From IMG/VR virus record IMGVR_UViG_3300044641_000519: DNA of 64,000 nucleotides, one strand, 5' to 3'. Below are positions 46,301 to 54,561 of the stretch, piece after piece. The stretch's first letter is position 1. Every line of letters begins with the position of its first letter. The translations under genes were made by a program, and so were the position numbers. The DNA is from a virus (taxonomy: Duplodnaviria > Heunggongvirae > Uroviricota > Caudoviricetes). The notes under the pieces were generated by a model. That model did not search any database, was not told the origin of the DNA, and was given only the letters and a program-made list of their open reading frames with translations.

Positions 46301-48570
46301 ACAGTTATAGAGTTTATAGACTGTGGACTTCCTGAAACAATAGTAATAGTTTGTAAAGCACTTGTAACTGGATTTGTATAATTAAATGTAGTGCTACTAG
46401 AATTTACAGTGATTGTATATGAAGTGGCTGTAACATTAACAAATGTAGCTGCTCCACTATTTACAACAGGAAGTGTAATAGAACATATTTCAGTAGTGCT
46501 ACCATCAAATGCTAATGTATCTGGTTCTCCTGTATTACAGTTTGTATATTGTAATTCACCAGCAGTTGTTACTGTTACTAAGAATGTATCACATTGAGAA
46601 TTGTATGCATTGTTTTCTTCAAGTAAGAATGGATCTTTACTTAAGTCATTATAAGGATAGTTAGGATAGTAGTAGTATGTAGCATCTGGATCAGTAGGAT
46701 CTTCTCTAGTATATTTACCTACGTTTCTAAGGATACCTTTAGCAATAATAGATTTGTTTGTACTTCTATTACCTCTTACTATTTTAAATCCAACAATGGA
46801 TGCCTTTTCTGCACTTGTTAAACTAGAGCTTTGAATGATAAAAGCTACTTGTTGTACATCTATCTTCACACCTATTGGATAGATAGCATTAGCAGTTTGC
46901 ATCACAGGGTCTATCTGACCTCCAGAATATACAATGCTTGGACTCTCAAAGTAAGGGCTTACAAGAACATCAGGAAACTTATGGTGTCTAATAGGTTGAT
47001 CAGCTAAGTCTCCCCACACATCTACATTACATGGATATCTATCAGTAGACTCCCAATATGCAAAGTCTCCAGATTGATAAGGATATGCATCTCCTATCTT
47101 CCTAGCATCAGTTGTAGGAACAGGATATGTAGTAGATACACTAGCAGTGTTATATATTTTCCAATAAGGTTGAGGAAGTCCATCTCCAATATAATCAGCA
47201 TTAGTTGTTGTTACATCTGGCTCAGAAAACTCATTAAAGTTCTTTGCTCTACCAGGAATATGGAAACCATCTGTTTGTTTACCATTTGCTAATAAAAATA
47301 CTATTTCAAAAGCATACACCTCATCTCTCAAATATCCTCTTAAATTAGCAGTGTAGAAACCATCAGCATATGTATTGTTAGCTGGTAGTTTATACGTCTC
47401 CCATTGAAGTTGTATTTGATTAGCAATGCTTTGATAGTTGATTCTATCAATAGAAGTAAGATTGTCCCAAACTATAACATCTTGTACATTTGTTACGTCT
47501 TGAGCAATCTCATAATAAGGGAACTTTTCAAGAACATCACCAAGACTCAAAGGAATTTGAGTTGCATTCTGTCCTGTATAAGTAATGAGTGTTTCTCTTT
47601 CTTGAATGTTATATGTTCCCACTAATTCTACAGTTGTACCATTATTGATGGTCTTTATAACAGCCAAGTTAAAGTATTGGAAGTATCCTGTAATATCTAA
47701 ATTAGTAATATTTAATACAATAGATTCACCTACAGAATATTGAAAATCAGGAGTGGTCACTTCTGTATTTGCAATAGATGTAGGATTAGTTACAGAATAG
47801 TAAGATGTATAAGCATCTCCTGAAGCATTACCATATTGAATAGCAAACTGATAAGTACCTGCTTTTAAATCTCCTCCTACAACAATATCAGAAACTTCTA
47901 TATTAGGAATTTGAAAGTTAGGTTGTACATTTAACTTATTACAATCTAATGTTGCTTGGATTTGGGGATCACAAGTCTGATCATTTAGGTAGTTGGTAAT
48001 GTAAGGAACCTGTTCAATGTTGATAAATCTTCTTGGATTTAACCCATCAGTCCAATATACTTCTGTAGTACAGTTAGTTATCTTATGTACAGCTTTGTGT
48101 ATTGGGTAGTTTATATCAAAGTTTAAGCATGGAGAATTAGCACAAACTGTTAGTTCTGTATCAGGAATAGGAGTACAAAGTGTGTGGTATACACAGTCAT
48201 TGTTATCCATATATCCTATCTCACTTCCTCCTGTTTCAGGATTTGCTAAGAAGAATATATGTTTGTTTTTCTCTTGAATGAAATGTGTTCCAATAAGTTG
48301 GTATCCTTCAGGGAACTCTAGACAAGCTTCATTACTTGGCTCATTCTGATAACTTACAGAATTGGAGTCAAAGTTTTCTAATGCTGCGTTTAGAGCATAG
48401 GAAAGCTTACCCTTCTGTACTTGATTTACAGAAGAGTCCATATCTAATCCAACTCTGCCAAGATTGTATTCTTGTCTTATGTTGGAAGGTCCTTGATTAT
48501 CTATTCCATCCACTGCCATATCTTGAGCTTCTATTTGGTAATTCATATTGTGCAAAGCGTTGTAAGTCAT
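43348..48570 (-). CDS. large (1740 aa) tail structural protein (putative tail hub/muzzle/spike-like) with C-terminal poly-Thr/Pro linker and small C-terminal domain; true start probably an internal Met
   Basis: Ig-like repeats in the middle; ...TTTTTTTTDTPTTTTTTTTDTPTTTTTTTTEPTTTTTTTTTT... linker; 5' end overlaps the upstream gene by 74 nt, so M9 or M18 may be the real start. Confidence 0.5.
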   Translation of the reverse strand: MTYNALHNMNYQIEAQDMAVDGIDNQGPSNIRQEYNLGRVGLDMDSSVNQVQKGKLSYALNAALENFDSNSVSYQNEPSNEACLEFPEGYQLIGTHFIQEKNKHIFFLANPETGGSEIGYMDNNDCVYHTLCTPIPDTELTVCANSPCLNFDINYPIHKAVHKITNCTTEVYWTDGLNPRRFINIEQVPYITNYLNDQTCDPQIQATLDCNKLNVQPNFQIPNIEVSDIVVGGDLKAGTYQFAIQYGNASGDAYTSYYSVTNPTSIANTEVTTPDFQYSVGESIVLNITNLDITGYFQYFNLAVIKTINNGTTVELVGTYNIQERETLITYTGQNATQIPLSLGDVLEKFPYYEIAQDVTNVQDVIVWDNLTSIDRINYQSIANQIQLQWETYKLPANNTYADGFYTANLRGYLRDEVYAFEIVFLLANGKQTDGFHIPGRAKNFNEFSEPDVTTTNADYIGDGLPQPYWKIYNTASVSTTYPVPTTDARKIGDAYPYQSGDFAYWESTDRYPCNVDVWGDLADQPIRHHKFPDVLVSPYFESPSIVYSGGQIDPVMQTANAIYPIGVKIDVQQVAFIIQSSSLTSAEKASIVGFKIVRGNRSTNKSIIAKGILRNVGKYTREDPTDPDATYYYYPNYPYNDLSKDPFLLEENNAYNSQCDTFLVTVTTAGELQYTNCNTGEPDTLAFDGSTTEICSITLPVVNSGAATFVNVTATSYTITVNSSSTTFNYTNPVTSALQTITIVSGSPQSINSITVPVRTSGSTNFTMVASNSGQNNECYPAQLDGFNNPESAYRQVFNSPETSFGQPTLGNVLKLESVLFGGGRAHFVEVQKHAMYKLITKQTQIDALNSSKRIADLGGFSAVAFFTAYQTYLQIYINGISRQNFAYSFNSRSSYDYSADVPNDQGIKQRQLDLSQYVFPGVQNVGDTYDLNNWNRESSVYLKTIDDREGTFVAPLPFPNQTSSLVVAGVSQISDNSRFTISEAENCASPEAQRDIKVVSYYGSIKTINNAQWGQIYSYQTIDTGFQRIFSALSANDPEVVFGGDTYIGRFGFKTKLPFFIDNRVNAPDDSDIYYDEIGNVAYPQYWYSARSILSDYYVGSTLMKNIISTKANYLDCPDDSIVDNTSTSTTTTSTTPPPGTVVAGSLNYVYSGKMYLFAYGIPYYYVESSINVDLRQAFNNLEGDFYPHVSSGIPDTWFQESRVPIAFDNTYYYNTTFSKQNTENFFSHLPIDWKQQLCYTYFPFRAIYSDRQESYSDNRINSWLIYRPVSFFDFPQNYGNLISLDGIQNRATLARFENKTLLYGNLLTIDTSNPQAAYLGNPNLFGGAGSAPPIDFAETDLGFVGCQNKMLLKIPQGQVTIDAKRGQVFLIQGTQAQEISGFGSGLNRFFTDHLAFEILRYFPTVNTDNHFKNIGLHGVFDSKFERIIITKLDYIPQPTKDVFYDEVAKEFYVNQPVAGDIEVKKYVEVTDLEYFCNKSWTASFNLNTKSWVSFHTYLPNFYIGENNFFYSGLNEGCDVTAIAVTEIPSPTTTTTTTRIIYCNLTGTAVVTGYPSCLLEGTVIEETTTTTTSTSTSSTTTTTTTAPPTTTTTTTTDTPTTTTTTTTDTPTTTTTTTTEPTTTTTTTTTTITPTTTTTTTTNSTINVTSVFGNASDILGEIYIDATVILDGNVTVDTIVEVVVSTSTYGDVTVYVTILNGNSSGNGSTSVGMGSLPSVSGQCIAACDNVNVVFTGFEC
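43640..43900 (-). repeat. poly-Thr-encoding (ACN)n microsatellite-like coding repeat
   Basis: runs of gtt/ggt/agt on the plus strand = Thr codons on the minus strand; produces a poly-Val shadow ORF 43646-44035. Confidence 0.8.
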
Positions 48571-49471
48571 TTCTTACTCTTCTTTGCTTAGTCCATGCGT
48601 CTTGCTTCTTAATCTCAATGTTAGCCATGATGAACGCTTCATCATGTAGCTGTTTGTAGTATACTAACTTCTGCTGTATTTGATTGAAAGTTTCATCATT
48701 GATTTGATTAGACAATGTTTCAAACACCTTGTATTTAATAAAGGCTTCTACAAACTCTCTAATACGATAGTTATCAGGAATTAACTGATTACCTACAGCA
48801 TCGTAGTCTGTAGCATAGAATATCATATGAACAACACCAGAACTAAAGTTAGTGACAAACTTATTATCTCTAATATCAAAGCTATCATAACCAGCACTTC
48901 CTGGAGTGAACTCACGTACAGGAGGTACACTTGAATAGAATTGCCAAGCATCTGTATAACTTACATCACATCTGTTTTGACAAGAAATATTACCTGGTTT
49001 TAATAGATATTCTTTTCTTATCCCTCTAGCAATCTGTTGATTAGTTTTGTATACAGTTTGTATAATCTCAGGCATACAGCTACCATCACATCCTACATTA
49101 CCACAACATGGACTAGGAATAGTACAGTCTGTTACAATAGGACTCACTTGAATAGTTGTTTGTGTAGCAGCTTGAGAATAGAATGAGTTAGCTGTTTGAT
49201 ATGGATAGTTAGATGGTATCTCTGTACACATCCAAGCTTCTCTAACAGCAAAGAAGTTGTCAGGAAGTCTAGCTTCATAACCAGAAATATCTAATGTTTG
49301 TTCAGCAATAACATAACTTGATCTGCCCAACTTTTGTAGACATTTGTCTAAGTAAGTAGGGAACATCAAATCATCCACTGCTCCTGTGTCAAAATAAGAT
49401 TTTAACTCTTCTTTAACAGTTGAATAAACTGGTTCAGGTGAGACAAAATTGTACTTGTAGTAGTATGCCAT
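48497..49471 (-). CDS. hypothetical Cys-containing structural protein (324 aa)
   Basis: ORF in operon; CCGNVGCDGSCMPE Cys cluster. Confidence 0.4.
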   Translation of the reverse strand: MAYYYKYNFVSPEPVYSTVKEELKSYFDTGAVDDLMFPTYLDKCLQKLGRSSYVIAEQTLDISGYEARLPDNFFAVREAWMCTEIPSNYPYQTANSFYSQAATQTTIQVSPIVTDCTIPSPCCGNVGCDGSCMPEIIQTVYKTNQQIARGIRKEYLLKPGNISCQNRCDVSYTDAWQFYSSVPPVREFTPGSAGYDSFDIRDNKFVTNFSSGVVHMIFYATDYDAVGNQLIPDNYRIREFVEAFIKYKVFETLSNQINDETFNQIQQKLVYYKQLHDEAFIMANIEIKKQDAWTKQRRVRNDLQRFAQYELPNRSSRYGSGWNR

Positions 49472-49477
49472 GTTCTT

Positions 49478-49954
49478 TTATTTTTTCCACTCACAATAAA
49501 TGTGTTGGTATTTATCATCTGTTTTTATGTAATGTGACAGCAATCTAGAAGTAGTACGAGAAGGTTTGAAATACCAAAGATTTATATTACGAATCCTAGT
49601 GGACTCTTTAAACCACATCCAACCAAAGAAGAACCCCTCTGTATGGAAGTTGAAGTTGTAAATGATTTTTCCCTTTTGTTTTGTCTTCTGCCAATCAACT
49701 GGTAGATTGACCATCTCCTTTCCATCAACTGTCTTTGTTTTCTTTCTCTTCTTTTTATTGATAGAGAACTCACCAAAGCCAAAAGGAAGCCTTGCTTTCT
49801 CTCCTGTTTCTAGAATGTAGTTTTTAAAATTGTCATTATATAAATATATAATGTTTCGCCACTCATCAAATGTAATTTTAATAGTGGGATGTTTCTTACA
49901 AAAGTTACTGTAGTTTTCTTTACTAGAGCTTCTCCAGTCTATCTTAGTACGCAT
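49478..49954 (-). CDS. hypothetical protein (158 aa), basic
   Basis: ORF in operon, overlapping start/stop with the upstream gene. Confidence 0.35.
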   Translation of the reverse strand: MRTKIDWRSSSKENYSNFCKKHPTIKITFDEWRNIIYLYNDNFKNYILETGEKARLPFGFGEFSINKKKRKKTKTVDGKEMVNLPVDWQKTKQKGKIIYNFNFHTEGFFFGWMWFKESTRIRNINLWYFKPSRTTSRLLSHYIKTDDKYQHIYCEWKK

Positions 49955-50691
49955 TAGCTTGTTGGTTTTGCATTGGGAGCTTGTCCATCAATGCCATCAA
50001 ATGTTTGGTCTGTTTTAATGCTAAAGTATGTCGATAATAGTTTTTGAGAAGTAAGTTGTAACACTTGTGTTATTAAGTAACCAGGACATCCATATTCCTT
50101 GTCTAATGGATTTATACAATAATCTTCATCACTAACTTGAGGTATATTCCCACAAGCACAACCATCAGGATATAAAATGCTATTTGGAACATCTTCTTCA
50201 AAGAATGCAGATATTCTAACTGATTGTAAATTAGGATTGTTGATATATAAGTACCCACCATTTGCTATCCAATAGTATTGTTCAGCTTTGATAATAGGTA
50301 GTTTTAATAGATTTAAGTATCTATTGATTGTAATCTCTTTGAATCTTTTACCATTACCTCCCATAGCGTTTATAGAATAAACACCTTGGATTAAGTATTG
50401 ATAGTTTCCCTCACTGATGCGAGGAAGTTTATATCTGCTTCTTGCAACTTGACATGGTTCCACATATTCACAACAATCAGAGATGGGCACCTCTATCATT
50501 TCCAAACAAGGAAGTGTTTGGAATACAGTGTCAGTAGCCCAAAGCTTTCTGAGATTGGTCTCACGTTTGATTAGTAAAAGTGTGTTGTTCTTGATTTCAG
50601 ACGCAACTACTCTATCAGTAATTAGATTATCTGTAGTGAGCAATTTATGTACTGAACGTACATCTGAAACCATTTGTCTTAATGTTGCCAT
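49954..50691 (-). CDS. hypothetical Cys-rich protein (245 aa)
   Basis: ORF in operon; CCEYVEPC and DGCACGNIP Cys clusters. Confidence 0.35.
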   Translation of the reverse strand: MATLRQMVSDVRSVHKLLTTDNLITDRVVASEIKNNTLLLIKRETNLRKLWATDTVFQTLPCLEMIEVPISDCCEYVEPCQVARSRYKLPRISEGNYQYLIQGVYSINAMGGNGKRFKEITINRYLNLLKLPIIKAEQYYWIANGGYLYINNPNLQSVRISAFFEEDVPNSILYPDGCACGNIPQVSDEDYCINPLDKEYGCPGYLITQVLQLTSQKLLSTYFSIKTDQTFDGIDGQAPNAKPTS

Positions 50692-51941
50692 TATAAATAC
50701 TGTTTGAATATATTTGTCATTCCATCACAGTCATCTATTAAAAATCCTGTTACTTCTGCCTTGGACATTGTGTGACCCATCTTGTCGTCCCAAAGACTTT
50801 TAGCATTTGAAAATGCTGGAATTTGATAAAACTTTATACCATTAAAATCATGACTCACCTCATGGTGTTTGTCTCCTGTGAAGATGTAGAACTTGCTATG
50901 ACTAGACCAATGTTCTCTGAACTCTATTGGAAACAAGGCTGCAAGCTTAGCTGGTTTGATAGCATCTCCATGGTTAAACATCAATGCTGAATCACCATAG
51001 CTTACGTACTTTCTATACTTAGGAGAACAATCAAATGTTAATCTGTCTACGTTCCTGAAGTAGGTTTGTAACCAGTTAACCATATGCCATCCTACAAACT
51101 CATCATGATTACCTGCTACATAGACTACATTAACAGTCTGAGCATATTGTAATAACATTGTAATCATTAACACCTCATGTCCACAGATGTATTCAAAAGA
51201 TGTATGATATGTATGTGTGTTCTGTTGAGGAGTTCCTTTTGTAGTGGCATTGGTATACTCACTATTAAACTCATCAGATCCTATTATGTAAGTTATGTTT
51301 TCTAAGTTGTTGGATAACTGAGCTTGATTAGCTATCAGTTCCACCTTGTACATAATGTTAGCTAGTCTGTCTGCTACATTATTGTTACCATCTATGTCCC
51401 ATTTGTTTAAGTGAGAGTCTTGTTTGTTAATAAGTAACATACCATTTGGTTTGTTAAAATCAACCTTAGGGCTCATAACTTCTTGAGACACAGGCTTATA
51501 TGAAGCTAAAAAGTCTACAAACACATCTTGAAAAACTTGCTCTGTAGACTTCTTCCCTAACCATGCTTTGACTTGCCAATGAGGATTGTTTCCATTTCCC
51601 CAGAAGTTTTGGACATATTTAGTTATCTCCCACTTCTCTGTATCTATCTTACATTTCTCAATGAGTTCATCAAGACTTTTAACTTCTTCACTAAAATTAG
51701 CTACAACCTCTCCTGTACCCTTAGCCAAATCTTCTGTAAACTTAATCACTGCATTTTCTAACTCAGCAACGTAGTTTCCTATCTCAGCAGCTTCTTCACT
51801 TTGTTCTTGATTTCTTAATTCTTTTAATAGCTCATCCACCTCAAACTCTGTAATTCCAAGCTTATCAGCATAGAACTTTTTACTTTTTTTCCAGTGTAGA
51901 ATCTCTTCTAGCTGTTGTAGCAAGGATTGATTTTCAGGCAT
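50691..51941 (-). CDS. calcineurin-like metallophosphoesterase (phosphatase/nuclease superfamily)
   Basis: DSH (motif I), GSDEF (II-like), VAGNHDE (motif III GNH[DE]), GDKHHEVSHD (GH..H-like) in canonical order; first gene after the terminator/promoter junction. Confidence 0.55.
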   Translation of the reverse strand: MPENQSLLQQLEEILHWKKSKKFYADKLGITEFEVDELLKELRNQEQSEEAAEIGNYVAELENAVIKFTEDLAKGTGEVVANFSEEVKSLDELIEKCKIDTEKWEITKYVQNFWGNGNNPHWQVKAWLGKKSTEQVFQDVFVDFLASYKPVSQEVMSPKVDFNKPNGMLLINKQDSHLNKWDIDGNNNVADRLANIMYKVELIANQAQLSNNLENITYIIGSDEFNSEYTNATTKGTPQQNTHTYHTSFEYICGHEVLMITMLLQYAQTVNVVYVAGNHDEFVGWHMVNWLQTYFRNVDRLTFDCSPKYRKYVSYGDSALMFNHGDAIKPAKLAALFPIEFREHWSSHSKFYIFTGDKHHEVSHDFNGIKFYQIPAFSNAKSLWDDKMGHTMSKAEVTGFLIDDCDGMTNIFKQYL

Positions 51942-52051
51942 ATGTAGTTTAGTTTAGTTAAAATTACTGTAAAGGTAAGAACTATTTCTGACATTTTCAA
52001 AATTTTACTAACTAATTTAATTATATAGAATAACTTTTTTAGTTAGAGTTT
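51942..52051 (-). promoter_or_regulatory. AT-rich putative promoter region for the metallophosphoesterase-to-cargo transcription unit
   Basis: intergenic, >80% AT, follows a terminator; contains a near-match AAATTTTG to the Bacteroidota -7 consensus (TAnnTTTG), no exact match. Confidence 0.3.
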
Positions 52052-52084
52052 AAACAAAAACCCCCAGGGTAGAAACCCTAGGGG
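52052..52084 (-). terminator. rho-independent terminator after the fibre/adaptor gene set
   Basis: minus-strand hairpin CCCCTAGGGT-TTCT-ACCCTGGGG (plus coordinates 52062-52084) immediately followed by TTTTTGTTT; 40 nt downstream of the stop at 52124; followed by a 110-nt AT-rich region leading to the next ATG at 51941. Confidence 0.6.
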
Positions 52085-52123
52085 AGACCTTCTGTAAACC
52101 AACAAACAGAGGTTTTTAACTAT

Positions 52124-52777
52124 TTATGAACTACAGCTAGCATTTAGACTAAATGAACCAGAGCTAGTGAAACAGTTCACTGTGTCTGTTCTTAAGCGAT
52201 AGCTACCTGCAGATAATGTGTTAAGAGCTAAATCAGATGTCCAACTGCCTGGAGCAGAGCCTACCTGAGTATAGTTGAATGTGTACAACACTGTATCATT
52301 AGCAGCATTCATAATGTATGCTGTATAAGTTCTTGTACCACTTCCAGAGTAGTAATATCCACCAGGAGTGATTAGAGCTGTATTTCCTGCAGTCACTGTG
52401 AACAGAGCTGATTCTCCACCTGCACATGATGCCACAGCACTTGTATCACCAGTTAAACATGCTGGAACTGGTGTAGTTGATGTACTTGTTGTAGAAGTAG
52501 AAGAAGTACTAGTAGTTGTAGTGGTTGTTGCACCACTTAAAAGCATATCTAGATAATTTGTACAAGTGCCTGTAGATTGTGCTCTGATGATAGATGCTAT
52601 ATCTGGTACACCTGCAAGACTGTATCCTGCTATTAATGCAGCTCTAGATACTCCTGTTGCTAATGGTGTAGTATATCCATCTACATTTGAAAAAAGATTG
52701 AAGGGGCCTACATCTGTCCCTGCTAAAGTTAATGTTACTAATACTGTCATAATTTTTTTTATTTTATGGACACTCAC
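52124..52777 (-). CDS. two-domain fibre-tip-like protein with central poly-Thr/Ser linker (GTG start at 52777 or ATG at 52750)
   Basis: N-domain + TTTTTTSTSSTSTTSTSTT linker + C-terminal Cys-containing beta-rich domain; the GTG start overlaps the upstream 86-aa gene, the ATG alternative does not. Confidence 0.45.
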   Translation of the reverse strand: MSVHKIKKIMTVLVTLTLAGTDVGPFNLFSNVDGYTTPLATGVSRAALIAGYSLAGVPDIASIIRAQSTGTCTNYLDMLLSGATTTTTTSTSSTSTTSTSTTPVPACLTGDTSAVASCAGGESALFTVTAGNTALITPGGYYYSGSGTRTYTAYIMNAANDTVLYTFNYTQVGSAPGSWTSDLALNTLSAGSYRLRTDTVNCFTSSGSFSLNASCSS

Positions 52778-53024
52778 TCAATAGGTTACAAAGAATACTT
52801 TTTAACTGTACGTTATTTCCAATAGCAGTTAAAATTGCTTGTGCTAGTGCTGTTGGGTCCAGTTCACTATCTATTTTTTCAATAGCAACTGTTAGACAAT
52901 CATGTGTTTGAATGCCTGAATAAGGTAAGTTAGGTCCGCTATAATATACGCAATTTGAATTAATCTCAGAACAGCAATCATTTGATTGATATCCTCCACA
53001 GTTCATTCCTGGTAAACAAGCCAT
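52764..53024 (-). CDS. stand-alone Cys-rich fibre N-terminal adaptor module (86 aa)
   Basis: MACLPGMNCGG..CCSEINSNCVYYSGPNLPYSGIQTHDCLTVAIEKID is homologous to the N-termini of the 2743-aa and 376-aa fibre proteins. Confidence 0.5.
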   Translation of the reverse strand: MACLPGMNCGGYQSNDCCSEINSNCVYYSGPNLPYSGIQTHDCLTVAIEKIDSELDPTALAQAILTAIGNNVQLKSILCNLLSECP

Positions 53025-53043
53025 TTATTGTTGGTTTAATATA

Positions 53044-54174
53044 TTAAGGAATATACATAATGTAATATGCACCTATCACAGGTTGGATATTTGCATGTGC
53101 TGCTCCGCTACCTGTAGATTCTACTGTAACAGATGTACTTGTAGAAGCCACTGTAATACCTGTTGTACTAGTTACAGCTTGGATATCTTTAGGAGATGTA
53201 TTACCAACAGCAATTGTTCCACCACCACCAGTTACACCACTCTGTCCAATAGCATGTGTATGACCTGGGTCATTTAATGTAACAGTTGTATTTGCTACAG
53301 CATTGTGGGCATGTGCAGGTAGTTGTGGTGTAGTTAAAGTTATAGTATTTGATCCTGCTGTGGTGTACAAAGAATAGTTTGGGTTGCCAGCATTAGCTGG
53401 ATTTACCGCAGCATCTAAAGGAGCACCTGGTACATTGTTAATAGCACCAACTGCTACACGTCCTCTTTTATCAGGAGTGCCATTTAATCCATTACACAAA
53501 TACACTTTAAAGAAACCATTGGCTGGGATACCAATGCCTGATCCATCAAAGTTAGCTAGTGTTCCATAGTATTCATAGGCTACATAAGGAACCATTTTTA
53601 AATACTGTTGGTTAGAGTTACCACTACCTTGACCAGCTATATAAGCTGCAATTAAAGCATCTAAGTCTGCAAGTTTAACATAGTTTGTATCTACATCAAG
53701 TTCAAGAGCAGCTAGGTCAGCTACTGTTGTACAAAGCTTATTTATAATAGCTTGGACAATAGCATGTGTATCTGAGCTAGATGTTACTCCTGTTAAACAA
53801 CCAATTGTATAGTCAGCATTTAATGTAGTTATATCAGCAGCAACTGCAGTTATTTGAGTTTGTAAGTCACAAACTACTTTAACTAATGTTTGGAACAATT
53901 GTTCAGAAGTCCACTGATTTGTACCTACAGGAGTAGGTAAGTAACCATTTACAATTGCACAACGTATAACTGATGCAATAGTAATTTTGTCACCTGTTCC
54001 ACTTAACAAAGGAACTAGTTTATCAATTATATTTTCTATAACTAATTGAAGATTATCTCCAGATGTTATATCTAAAGGTACACTATCAAGACCTGTATAT
54101 GTAACACATTGATCAGATACAACTTGTACGCATCCATTATAACAAGGTTCAGGAGGGCAATTTGAACAAGACAT
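53044..54174 (-). CDS. tail fibre/receptor-binding protein with N-terminal Cys-rich adaptor module and C-terminal HxH motifs
   Basis: N-terminus MSCSNCPPEPCYNGC..VTYTGLDSVPL.. ; C-terminal PAHAHNAV, GHTHAIG, AAHANIQ HxH repeats reminiscent of metal-binding tips of T4 gp37/gp12-type fibres. Confidence 0.55.
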   Translation of the reverse strand: MSCSNCPPEPCYNGCVQVVSDQCVTYTGLDSVPLDITSGDNLQLVIENIIDKLVPLLSGTGDKITIASVIRCAIVNGYLPTPVGTNQWTSEQLFQTLVKVVCDLQTQITAVAADITTLNADYTIGCLTGVTSSSDTHAIVQAIINKLCTTVADLAALELDVDTNYVKLADLDALIAAYIAGQGSGNSNQQYLKMVPYVAYEYYGTLANFDGSGIGIPANGFFKVYLCNGLNGTPDKRGRVAVGAINNVPGAPLDAAVNPANAGNPNYSLYTTAGSNTITLTTPQLPAHAHNAVANTTVTLNDPGHTHAIGQSGVTGGGGTIAVGNTSPKDIQAVTSTTGITVASTSTSVTVESTGSGAAHANIQPVIGAYYIMYIP

Positions 54175-54181
54175 TTTTAAT

Positions 54182-54448
54182 TTATTTATGAATTAACACT
54201 TTAACTCTACTAGCTATTTGGGACACAGTGAATCTTATGGCATAATCTGGATTACAATATTTATAGGTTAATATCCTTTTGTAATTCAAAAGATCACCAA
54301 TCACAGGACCAGGCAGATAGTTAGTCATGGAGAAGATGATATTGTTGTATTCTTGTTTAGCTAGATCTGTAAGTTTACAATCAATATCAGTAAGTAAAGC
54401 AGGAATGCTAGCACATTCTATACAGTTAGTTAATCTTGGCTGTAACAT
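54182..54448 (-). CDS. hypothetical small protein (88 aa)
   Basis: ORF in operon. Confidence 0.35.
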   Translation of the reverse strand: MLQPRLTNCIECASIPALLTDIDCKLTDLAKQEYNNIIFSMTNYLPGPVIGDLLNYKRILTYKYCNPDYAIRFTVSQIASRVKVLIHK

Positions 54449-54560
54449 ATTTAATCAGATTTGTAGCTTGTTTTGCAGCATAATTACATGCTGAACATAA
54501 GCCATTAATTAATTGACATCCACAGCCCACTTTGGTTCCACAATTTCTACAGTTTGCCAT
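54426..54560 (-). CDS. unlisted 44-aa Cys-rich small protein (MANCRNCGTKVGCGCQLINGLCSACNYAAKQATNLIKYVTAKIN)
   Basis: hand-translated from the minus strand; ATG lies 1 nt after the stop of the upstream 201-aa gene (TAAgATG coupling); 7 Cys in 24 residues; fills an otherwise empty 113-nt gap; overlaps the start of the 88-aa ORF out of frame. Confidence 0.4.
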   Translation of the reverse strand: MANCRNCGTKVGCGCQLINGLCSACNYAAKQATNLIKYVTAKIN

Positions 54561-54561
54561 C

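Noticed and set aside
52740-52780. A8 homopolymer run at the junction of the 86-aa adaptor ORF and the downstream 217-aa ORF considered as a programmed frameshift site fusing the two
   Set aside because: The TAA stop of the 86-aa frame (52764-52766) lies upstream of the A-run, so slippage on the run cannot bypass it. A simple two-gene arrangement with an ATG at 52750 (or GTG at 52777) explains the sequence. A sequencing-error frameshift further upstream cannot be excluded.
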